From positions 1 to 64,000 of the IMG/VR virus record IMGVR_UViG_3300010052_000154: a DNA stretch of 64,000 bases; one strand, 5' to 3'. The notes under the pieces are model-generated. The model was not told the origin of the DNA and did not search any database. It was given only the letters and a program-made list of their open reading frames with translations. Position 1 is the stretch's first letter. Each line of letters opens with the position of its first letter. This stretch comes from a virus (lineage: Duplodnaviria > Caudoviricetes). The translations under genes were made by a program, and so were the position numbers. Of this stretch, positions 35,182 through 44,393 are shown one piece after another.

Positions 35182-35633
35182 TGGTCGGCGGCCTCCGCCT
35201 CCCGCGCGGCGACAAGCTGGGCGTCGACCTCGGCGGTACGCTCACGGATCTCTTCGGGCGATAGATGCTCATAGGACAAAGCGACGCGCTGAACAGGCGC
35301 GGTCTTCGGCGCCATGCGGGCGGTTGCCCACTTGGTCGCCTCGAGGTGCGCGCGGGCGCCGGCAGCATCGACCTTCTTGCCCCTGTACTGCATGCCCATG
35401 GCCGCAGCGCGCGTGATCGACAGGACTTCTTCCTGCATTGCCTCCGCGCGGCCCTCGCGCGCACGCGCGTACTGTTCGCGGCGTCCGTCGTCGGAATGCA
35501 GCCACGTGCTGGTCGAGGGCACGTGCAGGCCCAGCTTTTCGCAGGCGGCTCGGAGGCTCTGCCCCTCCCAGATCATGTCCAGGAGGGGTGTCAGGTCCTC
35601 TTCCTTAGGCCGCCTCTGTCCGGCGCCGTCCAT
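35178..35633 (-). CDS. terS: Terminase small subunit (Sf6-like HTH)
   Basis: GQSLRAAC...TWL...EQYARARE...KWATARMAPK. RBS GAGG before the ATG at 35633. Confidence 0.8.
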   Translation of the reverse strand: MDGAGQRRPKEEDLTPLLDMIWEGQSLRAACEKLGLHVPSTSTWLHSDDGRREQYARAREGRAEAMQEEVLSITRAAAMGMQYRGKKVDAAGARAHLEATKWATARMAPKTAPVQRVALSYEHLSPEEIRERTAEVDAQLVAAREAEAADQ

Positions 35634-36984
35634 CGCATTCCTCTTCGAAGGTTCGGCCCGTGGCCGCATGGAGCGCGGCACGCCCGGTGAACTGCTGCCA
35701 GCGCTGGACGATCACGTCGGCGAAGCGCGGATCCAGCTCCATGAGGCGGCAGATGCGCGAGGTCTTCTCCGCAGCGATGAGCGTCGAGCCGGCGCCCCCG
35801 AAGAGGTCGAGCACCACCTCGCCCGGGCGGCTGGAGTTCTCGATCATCTCCTGGACGAGGCCGACAGGCTTCATCGTGGGGTGCAGGTCGCTACGTGCTG
35901 GCCGGTCGTGCTCGATGACGGTCGATTTGATGGCCGTGCGGATCTCCAAGAGGAGCGCGACGAGATCAGCCTTCCGCATCGAGGCGAACGACGGTGCGTC
36001 GTCCCGCAGTAGGGTGGTGAGGGTGTAGTCGCCGGCGAAGTAGTGCGCAGCGCCTTCCTTCCAGCCGTAGAGGATCGGCTCGTGCTGCCAGTTGTAGTCG
36101 TTCCGGCTCAGCGTGGCGCTCTGCTTGGCCCAGATGCGGACCTGGGAGAGCTTCAGGCCTGCGCCGACGAAGGCGGCGGTGAAGTTCGCCCGCTCGCTTT
36201 CCGCGTGGGCGACGTAGATCACCGCGCCGGGGCGCATGACCCGCCAGTACTGTTCGAACACCTGGTCGAGGAAGGCGCGGAAGGCGCCGTCGTCCATGTC
36301 GTCGTTCAGGATGGAGCCAGCGACGCCGTTGATGGCGACATTGTAGGGCGGGTCTGTCCAGACGAGGTCGGCGCGGACGCCGTCCATGAGCTGGTCGACG
36401 GCTTCGGTCGAGGTGGCGTCGCCGACAAGCAGACGATGCCGGCCGAGGATCCAGAGGTCACCAACGACGCTGATCGGCTCGGCGGGCGCCGGCGGTACGA
36501 CGTCGTCGGCCACTAGGCCCTCTCGCGTGGCGTCTTGGGAGGCGAACAGAGCGTCTAGCTCGGCCTGATCGAAGCCGATGAGGTCGGTCTCGAAGCCCAT
36601 GCCGACGAGCGCATCGAGCTCGGCGACCAGGAGGGCCTCGTCCCAGCCGGCGTTGAGGGCCAGCTTGTTGTCGGTGATGACGTAGGCGCGCCACTGCGCG
36701 TCGGTCAGGCCGTGCAGGACGATCGTCGGCACGAGATCGAGCTTCGGCTCGAGCATCGCGGCGGACCAGCGACCGTGGCCGGCGCCGATCATCTCGCCAT
36801 CGTCCCGTAGAAGGATCGGATTGGTGAAACCGAACTCGCCTATCGAGGCGCGTAGCTGCAGGACCTGCTCGGGGCTGTGGGTCCTTGCATTCCGCGGATC
36901 TGGGCGGAGGTCGGCCGGGTCGCGGTAGACGACCTCAAGGGTGGTGGATTCGCCGGAGAGGCGTTCGGAGTCGCGTTGGTGCAT
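35605..36984 (-). CDS. ParB-like domain fused to an N4/N6 DNA methyltransferase
   Basis: RNARTHS ParB start, DLVWTDPPYNV, HPTMKPV, VLDLFGGAGST. Confidence 0.92.
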   Translation of the reverse strand: MHQRDSERLSGESTTLEVVYRDPADLRPDPRNARTHSPEQVLQLRASIGEFGFTNPILLRDDGEMIGAGHGRWSAAMLEPKLDLVPTIVLHGLTDAQWRAYVITDNKLALNAGWDEALLVAELDALVGMGFETDLIGFDQAELDALFASQDATREGLVADDVVPPAPAEPISVVGDLWILGRHRLLVGDATSTEAVDQLMDGVRADLVWTDPPYNVAINGVAGSILNDDMDDGAFRAFLDQVFEQYWRVMRPGAVIYVAHAESERANFTAAFVGAGLKLSQVRIWAKQSATLSRNDYNWQHEPILYGWKEGAAHYFAGDYTLTTLLRDDAPSFASMRKADLVALLLEIRTAIKSTVIEHDRPARSDLHPTMKPVGLVQEMIENSSRPGEVVLDLFGGAGSTLIAAEKTSRICRLMELDPRFADVIVQRWQQFTGRAALHAATGRTFEEECDGRRRTEAA

Positions 36985-37110
36985 GACTTGGTCCAGGGGA
37001 CGCCCCGCCGCGTACGCGGTGGCGGGGTGGCCGGCAGTGCGGCCGAACTGGGGTCATGCGAGTTGCTGTCTCGCGGTGAAGGGCGCTGCAACGCCCTCGC
37101 TCCCGCCTCT

Positions 37111-37323
37111 TCAGACGGGGGTAGTTACCGGCGACCGGCCAGGCTGGACGCGCCTTTGCCTGCCGGGTCGCCGTGGCGAGCTTTCGTATCGACTGCAGGG
37201 TGCGCCACGTCCCCTCGCCGCTCGACCCTCCCTAGTCACGGGTCGAGGTTGGGTTTCTGCCTGCTCGGCTTGTCTGCGCAGGCGCTCGCGCTCTTGGCGC
37301 ACGAGGAAGATCGCCCTCGTCAT
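37111..37323 (-). CDS. Small hypothetical protein
   Basis: ATGA overlap with the upstream gene, but the 3' part overlaps structured sequence. Confidence 0.35.
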   Translation of the reverse strand: MTRAIFLVRQERERLRRQAEQAETQPRPVTREGRAARGRGAPCSRYESSPRRPGRQRRVQPGRSPVTTPV

Positions 37324-37595
37324 GCTGGCCAGATGAGCGGTAAGCACACCGCGACACCATCACGCCCGCGGCGGCGCTCTGAGAACGCGCAGAAACCGCC
37401 AAGGCGAAGCACCGCGGCGACATACCGGTCATGGAGCGCGAAGCGCGGGACCTGGATGTCCTTGGATGCGCTCTTCAGGAAGCCGCGCTCGAACGCCCGT
37501 GCCGCCTCGGCCGAGAGTTCGAGGTCAGCTTTCGCGGCCGCCGGAGAGCGGCCGGCGAGACGGAGCGCGGCGTAGTCCTGGGCGGTAACGATCAT
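37320..37595 (-). CDS. Hypothetical protein, first ORF of the late operon
   Basis: GGAG RBS before the ATG at 37595. Confidence 0.6.
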   Translation of the reverse strand: MIVTAQDYAALRLAGRSPAAAKADLELSAEAARAFERGFLKSASKDIQVPRFALHDRYVAAVLRLGGFCAFSERRRGRDGVAVCLPLIWPA

Positions 37596-37820
37596 GCCGC
37601 GCTCCAGCGTGATGGGGTCGCGCCGCAGCCTCAGTGCGCAGGAAAGGCGGGCTGAGCGTCGCCGGCACGACATGGCCGGGTGGCTCGCCACTCTGAGGTT
37701 GATCGACTGAGCTGGGCGCGATGGTGATGCTCGTCCGGCGCGCCCCGCCGCAGCACCTCACCGCCGACCAATCTAGGTCATCGGCAGGGGCTGCGGCGGG
37801 GCTATTGCCGGTGCGGCAAC

Positions 37821-37923
37821 TGGTCGGACCTGGCGGAATTGCACCGCCGCCAACCGTAGAGGGCCATGGCCGCCGCGTGGGGTGCGGGGCCGGTCTCCCT
37901 CGGGCCGGGTCTTAGTGGGTCCG
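37821..37923 (-). ncRNA. Degenerate tRNA-like RNA
   Basis: Acceptor CGGACCC/AGGTCCG (6 of 7 pairs), A73, encoded CCA, T arm GGCGG-TGCAATT-CCGCC. Interior enlarged and non-canonical. Confidence 0.55.
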
Positions 37924-37929
37924 GGAATG

Positions 37930-37958
37930 AAAACGCCCCGGCCGGCGGGCTCGGGGCG
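37930..37958 (-). terminator. Terminator at the start of the late leader (tR'-like)
   Basis: CGCCCCG/CGGGGCG hairpin followed by TTTTC. Confidence 0.6.
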
Positions 37959-38119
37959 GTGTATGGGTCTAGTCGCAATTCGCGACCGCACAGATTTGAT
38001 GATCGATTTCCGGACGGTCTGCAACGGGCTGCTCGCGCGCGCGCGCGAGACCGGTACAAATGCAGGACGAAACACGGCATATATCGGCACAGATGCATGA
38101 AAATGCATGGGGCGGGCGA

Positions 38120-38353
38120 GTGACCGGTGACGAGCTGCGAAAGGCTAGGATTGAGCTCGGGCGCCTCTGGCGTAAGGGCCGGCCTGCCCATGCGTCCGAG
38201 CTGGGCCGCGCGATTGGCTACTATGACGCGGATCCTGGAGCGATCATCCGCCGCCATGAGCGCGCAAGGGCGAAGCCGGTGCCGGTTTCGCTGGCCTGTT
38301 CGGTGAGGATGATGTTGCGTGGGGCTTTGCCGCCGGACGGGATACCGGGGTAG
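38120..38353 (+). CDS. Small XRE-like HTH protein
   Basis: GTG start, MTGDELRKARIELG...ASELGRAIG. Confidence 0.55.
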   Translation: MTGDELRKARIELGRLWRKGRPAHASELGRAIGYYDADPGAIIRRHERARAKPVPVSLACSVRMMLRGALPPDGIPG

Positions 38354-38354
38354 G

Positions 38355-39011
38355 TCAGAAGAACAAGGGCGCGCCAGCTTCAAGATCGCGCGCCGCGATG
38401 TCGAACATGTTGGCAGGATGCGTGTTTACGGTCTGACCTGCGCATAGTGCGTGTTCGACCTGATAGCCGAAGTGGCGGAGCGCACGCGCACAAGCGACCA
38501 CGTGCCCACCCGTCGTGCCGACGTCATCCACCAGCACTATCGGCCGGGGATCAAGCTCCGTCGCAACCCACAACTTACCGTACAGGATATTGGGATCTCG
38601 CGTGCCGCCCTCGTGGGCCTTCTTAAGCGCCTCGTCCCAATGCAGAGCGCCGGTGGCGACCGCGCCCTGCGTAAACTTCGCGACGGCCTCAGCTATCTTC
38701 ATTCCCTTCGGATCGTCGCCCAGCTTGACGCAGTTCGAGGACGGAACCGGTACTATGCGCGGCGCCGCGATCCCGATTTGTTTGATGCGCGCCCCCGCCC
38801 ACTCTCCGAAAATCTCAAAGGCTGGGCTTGGGTCTTCAGCACAAACCTTAGACCACTTGCCGCCAGCACGAGCAAACCATGCCCAGCCCTTGACCGGCTT
38901 GCCTTTGAGCGCCTGGATGAGCTTGAGAGCCCGATAATCGTCCTGCTGCCACTGCTCCCCCGAGTAGCCATAGCTCGGGTATCCGCCGTACGCATGAAGC
39001 CAAAGCGCCAT
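38355..39011 (-). CDS. Phosphoribosyltransferase-fold protein (ShosT/ComF-like)
   Basis: IVPVPSS and IVLVDDVGTTGGHV PRPP-binding loop. Confidence 0.85.
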   Translation of the reverse strand: MALWLHAYGGYPSYGYSGEQWQQDDYRALKLIQALKGKPVKGWAWFARAGGKWSKVCAEDPSPAFEIFGEWAGARIKQIGIAAPRIVPVPSSNCVKLGDDPKGMKIAEAVAKFTQGAVATGALHWDEALKKAHEGGTRDPNILYGKLWVATELDPRPIVLVDDVGTTGGHVVACARALRHFGYQVEHALCAGQTVNTHPANMFDIAARDLEAGAPLFF

Positions 39012-39805
39012 CAGCCGTAGATGCGGCTCAACAGCTGTTCAGTGGACCGGAGGGGGACGAACCTCGCGTAGTCAGTAAAGCGCGGCGGCCATGTCAATTC
39101 CGGGTCATCGAGTACGCTCTGCGCGATGCCGAGCCAGCGACCGAGCCGAACGCATTCCGCCGCCTGATGAAGGGTCCCGGAGGTGTCCGACGCCTCGATC
39201 ACGACGCTCGCATCCGAAAGCGCGGCCATCGTGCGGTTGCGTGCCGGGAAGTTCGACGGGAACACACGCTGACCAGGCGTGAACTGCGAAACCAGCAGGT
39301 GGTTTTCGTAGATTTCCTGCTGAAGCGCCTTGTTCTTAGCGGGATAGGCCTGATCGAGCGGCGTGCCGATCACTGCGATTACCTTGCCGCCAAAGTCGAT
39401 CGCGGCCGACAGCGCCTCCGTGTCGATACCGTCCGCAAGACCGGACACAATGACGACCCCAGCGTCGACTAGTTGCCTCGCGAATTGGCGCGCCCGCTGC
39501 CGCCCACGCTCGCTTGCCTTACGGGCGCCGATGACGGCGATGCACCGGCGCTTTAACAGCGATGTGTCGCCGGCCACGAAGAGGCGGCCCGGCACGCCGT
39601 CGTCGCCACGGGTGACGGCGTTGACCCAATCAATCTGCTTCGCGCCGAGGTTCGCGCGCTCGGTGCCGGTCAGCAGGTCGATGAGGGCGACATTCTCCGG
39701 GGCCTCTGGCGGTCGGTACAATGAGCGCGGCGCCGACGGCCGGTTCGCTCCATCATGTCGCCGTGTCTGTCGCAACGCGGTTGCCTGCATAGCGTGATCC
39801 CCCAA
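39011..39805 (-). CDS. DprA/SMF Rossmann-fold protein (ShosA-like)
   Basis: IAVIGARKAS, VSGLADGIDT, RNRTMAALSDASVVIEA..SGTL. No SAM or winged-helix domain. Confidence 0.88.
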   Translation of the reverse strand: MGDHAMQATALRQTRRHDGANRPSAPRSLYRPPEAPENVALIDLLTGTERANLGAKQIDWVNAVTRGDDGVPGRLFVAGDTSLLKRRCIAVIGARKASERGRQRARQFARQLVDAGVVIVSGLADGIDTEALSAAIDFGGKVIAVIGTPLDQAYPAKNKALQQEIYENHLLVSQFTPGQRVFPSNFPARNRTMAALSDASVVIEASDTSGTLHQAAECVRLGRWLGIAQSVLDDPELTWPPRFTDYARFVPLRSTEQLLSRIYG

Positions 39806-39883
39806 CCGTCAACACACGTTAACGCTCGAATCGACGATCATCAAACTTGCAGGTGGCCGAGCACCTGTACCACCCCGGCGACG

Positions 39884-41038
39884 CTAGAACCCGGGCGCCA
39901 CTCTCCGCAGGATCGCGTTGACCTCGGCGACGTGCTGGCCGATCGGCTGCTGGCCCCCGCTCGCGCGGCGCTTCCGAGCAGCGATCCTCCCCTCTTCCGC
40001 GGCGCGGAGGCCGGTGACGAGCGCCGTCTTGGTCGCGCTGAAGCCCGCGCCGAGCGATGCAGCCGCCGGCCGGAGGCGCCAGTTCTTCCCGCAGACAAGG
40101 TCGAGGACGTCTCGCTGGCGCGGGGATAGCGCATGGCGCATGTCGGCCAGGGTCTCGCCGGCTTCGATGTTTCGAGGAAGCGGAGCCTTCGGCTTGAAGC
40201 CGCTGCCGCCCTCCCCGGCGTGGGTCGCCGCGCCTTCTATGATCTCGTAGGCGGCGGCGTAGGCCTCCCCGATCTGGACGAGGCGAAGCTCCGGAAGCGC
40301 GCCCTTGACCCCGCGAAGGTAGCCGGAGGCGAGCGCATGCTGGATCCCCTCCAACTTGGTGACCCGCGTGTGGTTCGAGATCACGAGCGCTGGAAGGCCG
40401 CGGCGGGAACCGCGCCGCTCGATGATCCGGGCGCCGTACTCGTCGACTGCGATCTCGGCGGTCTCGACGTCACGGGCGTCGATCTCCTCGCCCCGAAGCT
40501 TCGCCAGCAGGATCTGATCGCGCGCGGCGCCGTAGAGCCGATACTGCTCCAGCTCCTGGTCGCGGATCTGCTCGGCCATCCAGTCGAACTCGCGAGCCTG
40601 GTTAAGCAGGACCTTGATTTCGCGCCGGTGCTTCTTGGCCCCGGCCGCACGCAGTTCCTCGGCCCGTTCGCGCCGCTCGTGTGCCGACATGGCGGCCTTT
40701 GCGATCTTCTCCACGAACTCGGGGTCGCGAGCCTGGGCCGGCCGGGTAGCCGCCTCGCGGCTGGCGTCGAGCATGCGGCGGCGTTTGTCGGCGATCTCCG
40801 CACGGACATCGGCCGGCGAAGTGTCGAGCGCTCGTCGGTGCGCGGGGTTGACCCCGAGGCGTTGCTCCAGGAGCGCGATCATCTCGCGGGCGGGACCTTC
40901 GTAGCTGCCGGCGTGCAGCAACACAGCGGCGGCCAGGTCGATCCGCTGGGCGTTGGTGAAGCTCCGGCCCTGGTCAGGGACGACGACGGCGAGCTCGCCG
41001 ACCGGAAGGCGATAGGGCTGGTGCGCGCGCGAGGTCAT
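39884..41038 (-). CDS. DUF6456-like protein with sigma-region-4-like HTH, probable late-gene activator/antiterminator
   Basis: C-terminal ALSPRQRDVLDLVCG...AAASLG, in the lambda Q position. Confidence 0.65.
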   Translation of the reverse strand: MTSRAHQPYRLPVGELAVVVPDQGRSFTNAQRIDLAAAVLLHAGSYEGPAREMIALLEQRLGVNPAHRRALDTSPADVRAEIADKRRRMLDASREAATRPAQARDPEFVEKIAKAAMSAHERRERAEELRAAGAKKHRREIKVLLNQAREFDWMAEQIRDQELEQYRLYGAARDQILLAKLRGEEIDARDVETAEIAVDEYGARIIERRGSRRGLPALVISNHTRVTKLEGIQHALASGYLRGVKGALPELRLVQIGEAYAAAYEIIEGAATHAGEGGSGFKPKAPLPRNIEAGETLADMRHALSPRQRDVLDLVCGKNWRLRPAAASLGAGFSATKTALVTGLRAAEEGRIAARKRRASGGQQPIGQHVAEVNAILRRVAPGF

Positions 41039-41250
41039 TGAAGCGCTCCTGACGCCCTGGCCAGCTTCAGCGCCTCGGCCTCGACCGCGGCCAGGGCTGC
41101 GCGCCAGGCGCCCACGACGGCTTCGTACGCGTCCTTGTCGAAGGGCTTGGTCATCATGCTGTCGAGGTCCATTTTCGCGCGCGCATAGGCGATCGCTGCC
41201 TCCTGCATCGGCGTGGCCACGACGGTCGGTGCGGGGGTCGCGTCGTCCAC
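41035..41250 (-). CDS. Small hypothetical protein
   Basis: Stop overlaps the next start, helical composition. Confidence 0.55.
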   Translation of the reverse strand: MDDATPAPTVVATPMQEAAIAYARAKMDLDSMMTKPFDKDAYEAVVGAWRAALAAVEAEALKLARASGALQ

Positions 41251-41304
41251 GGGTACTCCTAAGCTTTCACGCGCTGTGGGCTGATTTGGTTGACGTTCTA
41301 TCGA

Positions 41305-41955
41305 TCACGACGCACCCGCGGCTGGCGGCCAGGCGATGCTCGGCGTCTCGTTCTCGAACCACCAGTAGAGCCGCGTCCCGTACGCCGCGATGATGGTCCC
41401 GCAGTAACCGCAGGTTCGGACCTCGCCGATGGAGATTACAGGCTGGCGCCAGTCACACTCCGGGCAAACCGCGGCTAGCGGCGGCTCCGGGCAGTGTAGC
41501 CCGTGCGAGTGGCGCGTCGGCCGCGGCGCGAACACCGAGAAAAGGTGCCCGGCTTCCCACTTCACCGACCGGGCGTCGGCCGGGATGAGGCTGGGGTCGA
41601 GGCGGCCTAGGAGCCCGGCGCCTCTAACCGGCCGGCCTCGACCGGCGTAGATGCTGTCGGGGCCCACCTTCGGGGGCGGGGCCTTCGGTGGGATCAGCGC
41701 CTCACGGTCAGGGTCGTCGTCCTGCCCCTTGTCGAGGCTGATCTGGACGTCCGTCACCCTGAACTCCATGCCGTTGAACAGCACAGTTCCAGTTTGGCGG
41801 TCCGCGATGCTCCCGGCCGCGTGAGGGGCTGTGATTGGCTTCGCCACCCGACGCGCGAGCCGACCGAGCCGGTGCGCGAAACCTCGGAGAGCCTCGAGCA
41901 ACCATAGGATTAGCGCGAGCACGGCCTGGCGGATCTTGATCGAGATCGGGCTCAT
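41305..41955 (-). CDS. Hypothetical protein with C-terminal zinc ribbon
   Basis: CPEC...CGYC, ATGA overlap. Confidence 0.6.
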   Translation of the reverse strand: MSPISIKIRQAVLALILWLLEALRGFAHRLGRLARRVAKPITAPHAAGSIADRQTGTVLFNGMEFRVTDVQISLDKGQDDDPDREALIPPKAPPPKVGPDSIYAGRGRPVRGAGLLGRLDPSLIPADARSVKWEAGHLFSVFAPRPTRHSHGLHCPEPPLAAVCPECDWRQPVISIGEVRTCGYCGTIIAAYGTRLYWWFENETPSIAWPPAAGAS

Positions 41956-42866
41956 GCCGCCTGCTCCCGCACGATGATCTCGTAGCCGGCGCGATCGAGC
42001 CCAGCCTCGATGAGCTTGTCGCGAACCCAGATGTCAGGAGCGATCACCGCGCGGACCGGCATGTCCTGCCAGGTGCACCGGCCGAGGTAGCTCAGCGCCT
42101 TGGCCGCGCTGCCCAGACCATCGGCGACGAGGTCGGCGACCCGCTCGGGCCCGTGCCAGATCAGCTCCGCATGCGTCGGCGCCGCCTCCCCGACGAGGTA
42201 GGCGACGAACCCGCCGTCACGCAGCCAGCGGTCGAAGGTCTTGGCCTTCCCGCCTGACCTCTGAAGCTGGGCGGCATGGGCCTCAATCGCGGCTTGCAGC
42301 TGGGCGACGCCGCCTGCCCGCTGAACCGCCTGCAGCCACTCCGCCGCTGCACGGTCGGGTCCATGGTTGCCCCGGCCCTCCAGCGGATAGGTCCGCCATC
42401 CCTTGGCGAAACCTTCGGGCTCCTCGCCCCCCGACGGGGGGTTGGGGGGTAAACCTTCTGATTCTGGTTCTGATATGCTTGGCGTTTGCTTAGGCAAACC
42501 GGAAGCAATTGCTTGGGCTACCGGGCTGTTTTTCCTCGCCTTCTGGACCGCACCCCGTTTTCCCGCCTCGGAACGGACCTCACTTTTCGTCGCGACTTTG
42601 TTGAGCTCCAGGGTCACGCGTTTGTGGGTCAGCGACCCGCCACGCCGCTGGAAGAGCGCGACGACGTCGGGCCCTATTTCGAGCCATCGCTCAAGAGGCA
42701 GGCCGGTGATGGTCGCCAGCTTTTGCGGGTTGTTCGGCAGCTTGCCCTTGGCGCGCCACATGGCGCGGAGCAGGCGCCAGTAGGCGCCGTCCTGTTCGCA
42801 GGTCAGCGCCTGCACATCCGCCGTATAGTCGGCGATGTAGACGCTCATGTAGGGAGGCGCGCTCAT
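41952..42866 (-). CDS. Replication initiator (YdaU/DUF1376 N-terminus)
   Basis: PYMSVYIADYTAD..ALT.EQDGAYWRLL. Confidence 0.85.
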   Translation of the reverse strand: MSAPPYMSVYIADYTADVQALTCEQDGAYWRLLRAMWRAKGKLPNNPQKLATITGLPLERWLEIGPDVVALFQRRGGSLTHKRVTLELNKVATKSEVRSEAGKRGAVQKARKNSPVAQAIASGLPKQTPSISEPESEGLPPNPPSGGEEPEGFAKGWRTYPLEGRGNHGPDRAAAEWLQAVQRAGGVAQLQAAIEAHAAQLQRSGGKAKTFDRWLRDGGFVAYLVGEAAPTHAELIWHGPERVADLVADGLGSAAKALSYLGRCTWQDMPVRAVIAPDIWVRDKLIEAGLDRAGYEIIVREQAA

Positions 42867-42890
42867 GCGTCGCCCCGCTGCGCCAGGGGA

Positions 42891-44393
42891 TCAATCACGG
42901 TCGTCTCCATAGGGCAGCCGGGAGGCGCCGAAGTGGACGTCCCGGGCGAGGTTGCTGAACTTGGTGGTGGCGTCGTTGAAGGCGACGTGGACCGTGCCGA
43001 TGGGCCCGTGCCGCTGCTTGCCGACGATGATCTCGGCGCGGCCGCGGACCTTGGCCATATCCTCTTGCCAGGACTGGTGTTCCACCGACCCGTCGGCCGG
43101 CTCCTTTCGGCTGAGGTAGTACTCGTCGCGGTACAGGAACATCACCATGTCGGCGTCCTGTTCGATCGAGCCCGATTCCCGCAGGTCGGAGAGCTGGGGC
43201 CGCTTGTCCTCGCGGGTTTCGACCTGCCGGGAAAGCTGCGACAGGGCCAGCACCGGGACACCCAGATCCTTGGCCAGCGCCTTCATGCCTTGGGTGATGT
43301 CGCTTACCTCCTGCACCCTACCCTCCCCCTTGCGGCCGGGAGAACTGGCGAGCTGCAGGTAGTCGACCACGATCAGATCAAGGCCATGCAGCCGCTTGAT
43401 GCGACGAGCGCGCGCGGCCATTTGGCCAACGGAAATCCCTGCGGTGTCGTCGATGTGCAGAGGAAGGGTGTCGATAAGCGTGGCGGCGTCTCGGATCCGC
43501 CCGAAGTCGCTCGCGTCGATCTCGCCTTTGCGAATCCGGTCGCCCGAGACGCCCGAGGCCTCGGCCAGGATGCGCAGCGCCAGCTGCTCGCCGGACATTT
43601 CGAGGGAAAAAAACGCCACTACGCCGCCCGCGACGGTCTTGCGGCTGCCATCCGGCTGCACCTCGTACCGGTAGTGCTTGGCCGCGTCGAAGGCGATGTT
43701 CACGGCAAGTGCGGTCTTACCCATGGAAGGGCGTGCCGCGAGGATCACGAGGTCGGACGGGTGCAGCCCGCCGATCTTGCGGTCCAGGTCCATCAGGCCC
43801 GTCGAAAGCCCCGACAGTGAGCCGTCCCTGCTGAAGGCCTCGGCGGCGTGGTTCACTGCCTCCGTCAGGTACTCCGAGAAGGGCCGGAAGCCCTGGCGCT
43901 GCGTTGTGTCGCCGAGCGCGAAGAAGTCCTGCTCGACCTGGTCGAGGATCTCGCGGCCGGTGCGCTCCTGGTCCTGCTCGGTGCGCTCGATGGCCTCCGC
44001 GCCGATCCGCGCCACGTCCCGGCGCAGCGCGACGTCGATGATCGTCGCGGCATAGCTCGGCGCCGAAGTCGCCGGCGGAGCGCGATCCAGGAGGTCCGCC
44101 AAGTACCGGATGCCGCCTAGTTCCTGGTACGCCGCATCGGCCGCGAACTTGTCGCCTAGCGTAATGGCGTCAGCGATGTGGCCCTTGGCGGCGGCCGTCG
44201 AGATGGCCGACCAGAGCCGGCCGTGGAAAGGCTCGTAGAAGTGGCCAGCTTGCAGGCCCTCGACCCGGTGGAACGCCTCGTTGTCGTAGAGGATGGCGCC
44301 CAGGAGCGCTTGTTCAGCCTCGATGTTGGCCGGCGGGGCGCGCTTGCCGGCGGTCTGCTGGGCCGGAGGCGGTAGCGTCAGGTGGGCATTCAT
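42891..44393 (-). CDS. dnaB: Replicative DNA helicase
   Basis: PANIEAEQALLG, LAARPSMGKT, IVVDYLQL, LSDLRESGSIEQDAD. Confidence 0.96.
   Translation of the reverse strand: MNAHLTLPPPAQQTAGKRAPPANIEAEQALLGAILYDNEAFHRVEGLQAGHFYEPFHGRLWSAISTAAAKGHIADAITLGDKFAADAAYQELGGIRYLADLLDRAPPATSAPSYAATIIDVALRRDVARIGAEAIERTEQDQERTGREILDQVEQDFFALGDTTQRQGFRPFSEYLTEAVNHAAEAFSRDGSLSGLSTGLMDLDRKIGGLHPSDLVILAARPSMGKTALAVNIAFDAAKHYRYEVQPDGSRKTVAGGVVAFFSLEMSGEQLALRILAEASGVSGDRIRKGEIDASDFGRIRDAATLIDTLPLHIDDTAGISVGQMAARARRIKRLHGLDLIVVDYLQLASSPGRKGEGRVQEVSDITQGMKALAKDLGVPVLALSQLSRQVETREDKRPQLSDLRESGSIEQDADMVMFLYRDEYYLSRKEPADGSVEHQSWQEDMAKVRGRAEIIVGKQRHGPIGTVHVAFNDATTKFSNLARDVHFGASRLPYGDDRD

Noticed and set aside
39011-39805. 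Host competence gene dprA with comF
   Set aside because: It lacks the extra DprA domains, lies inside a prophage, and is coupled to a PRTase without the ComF zinc finger.
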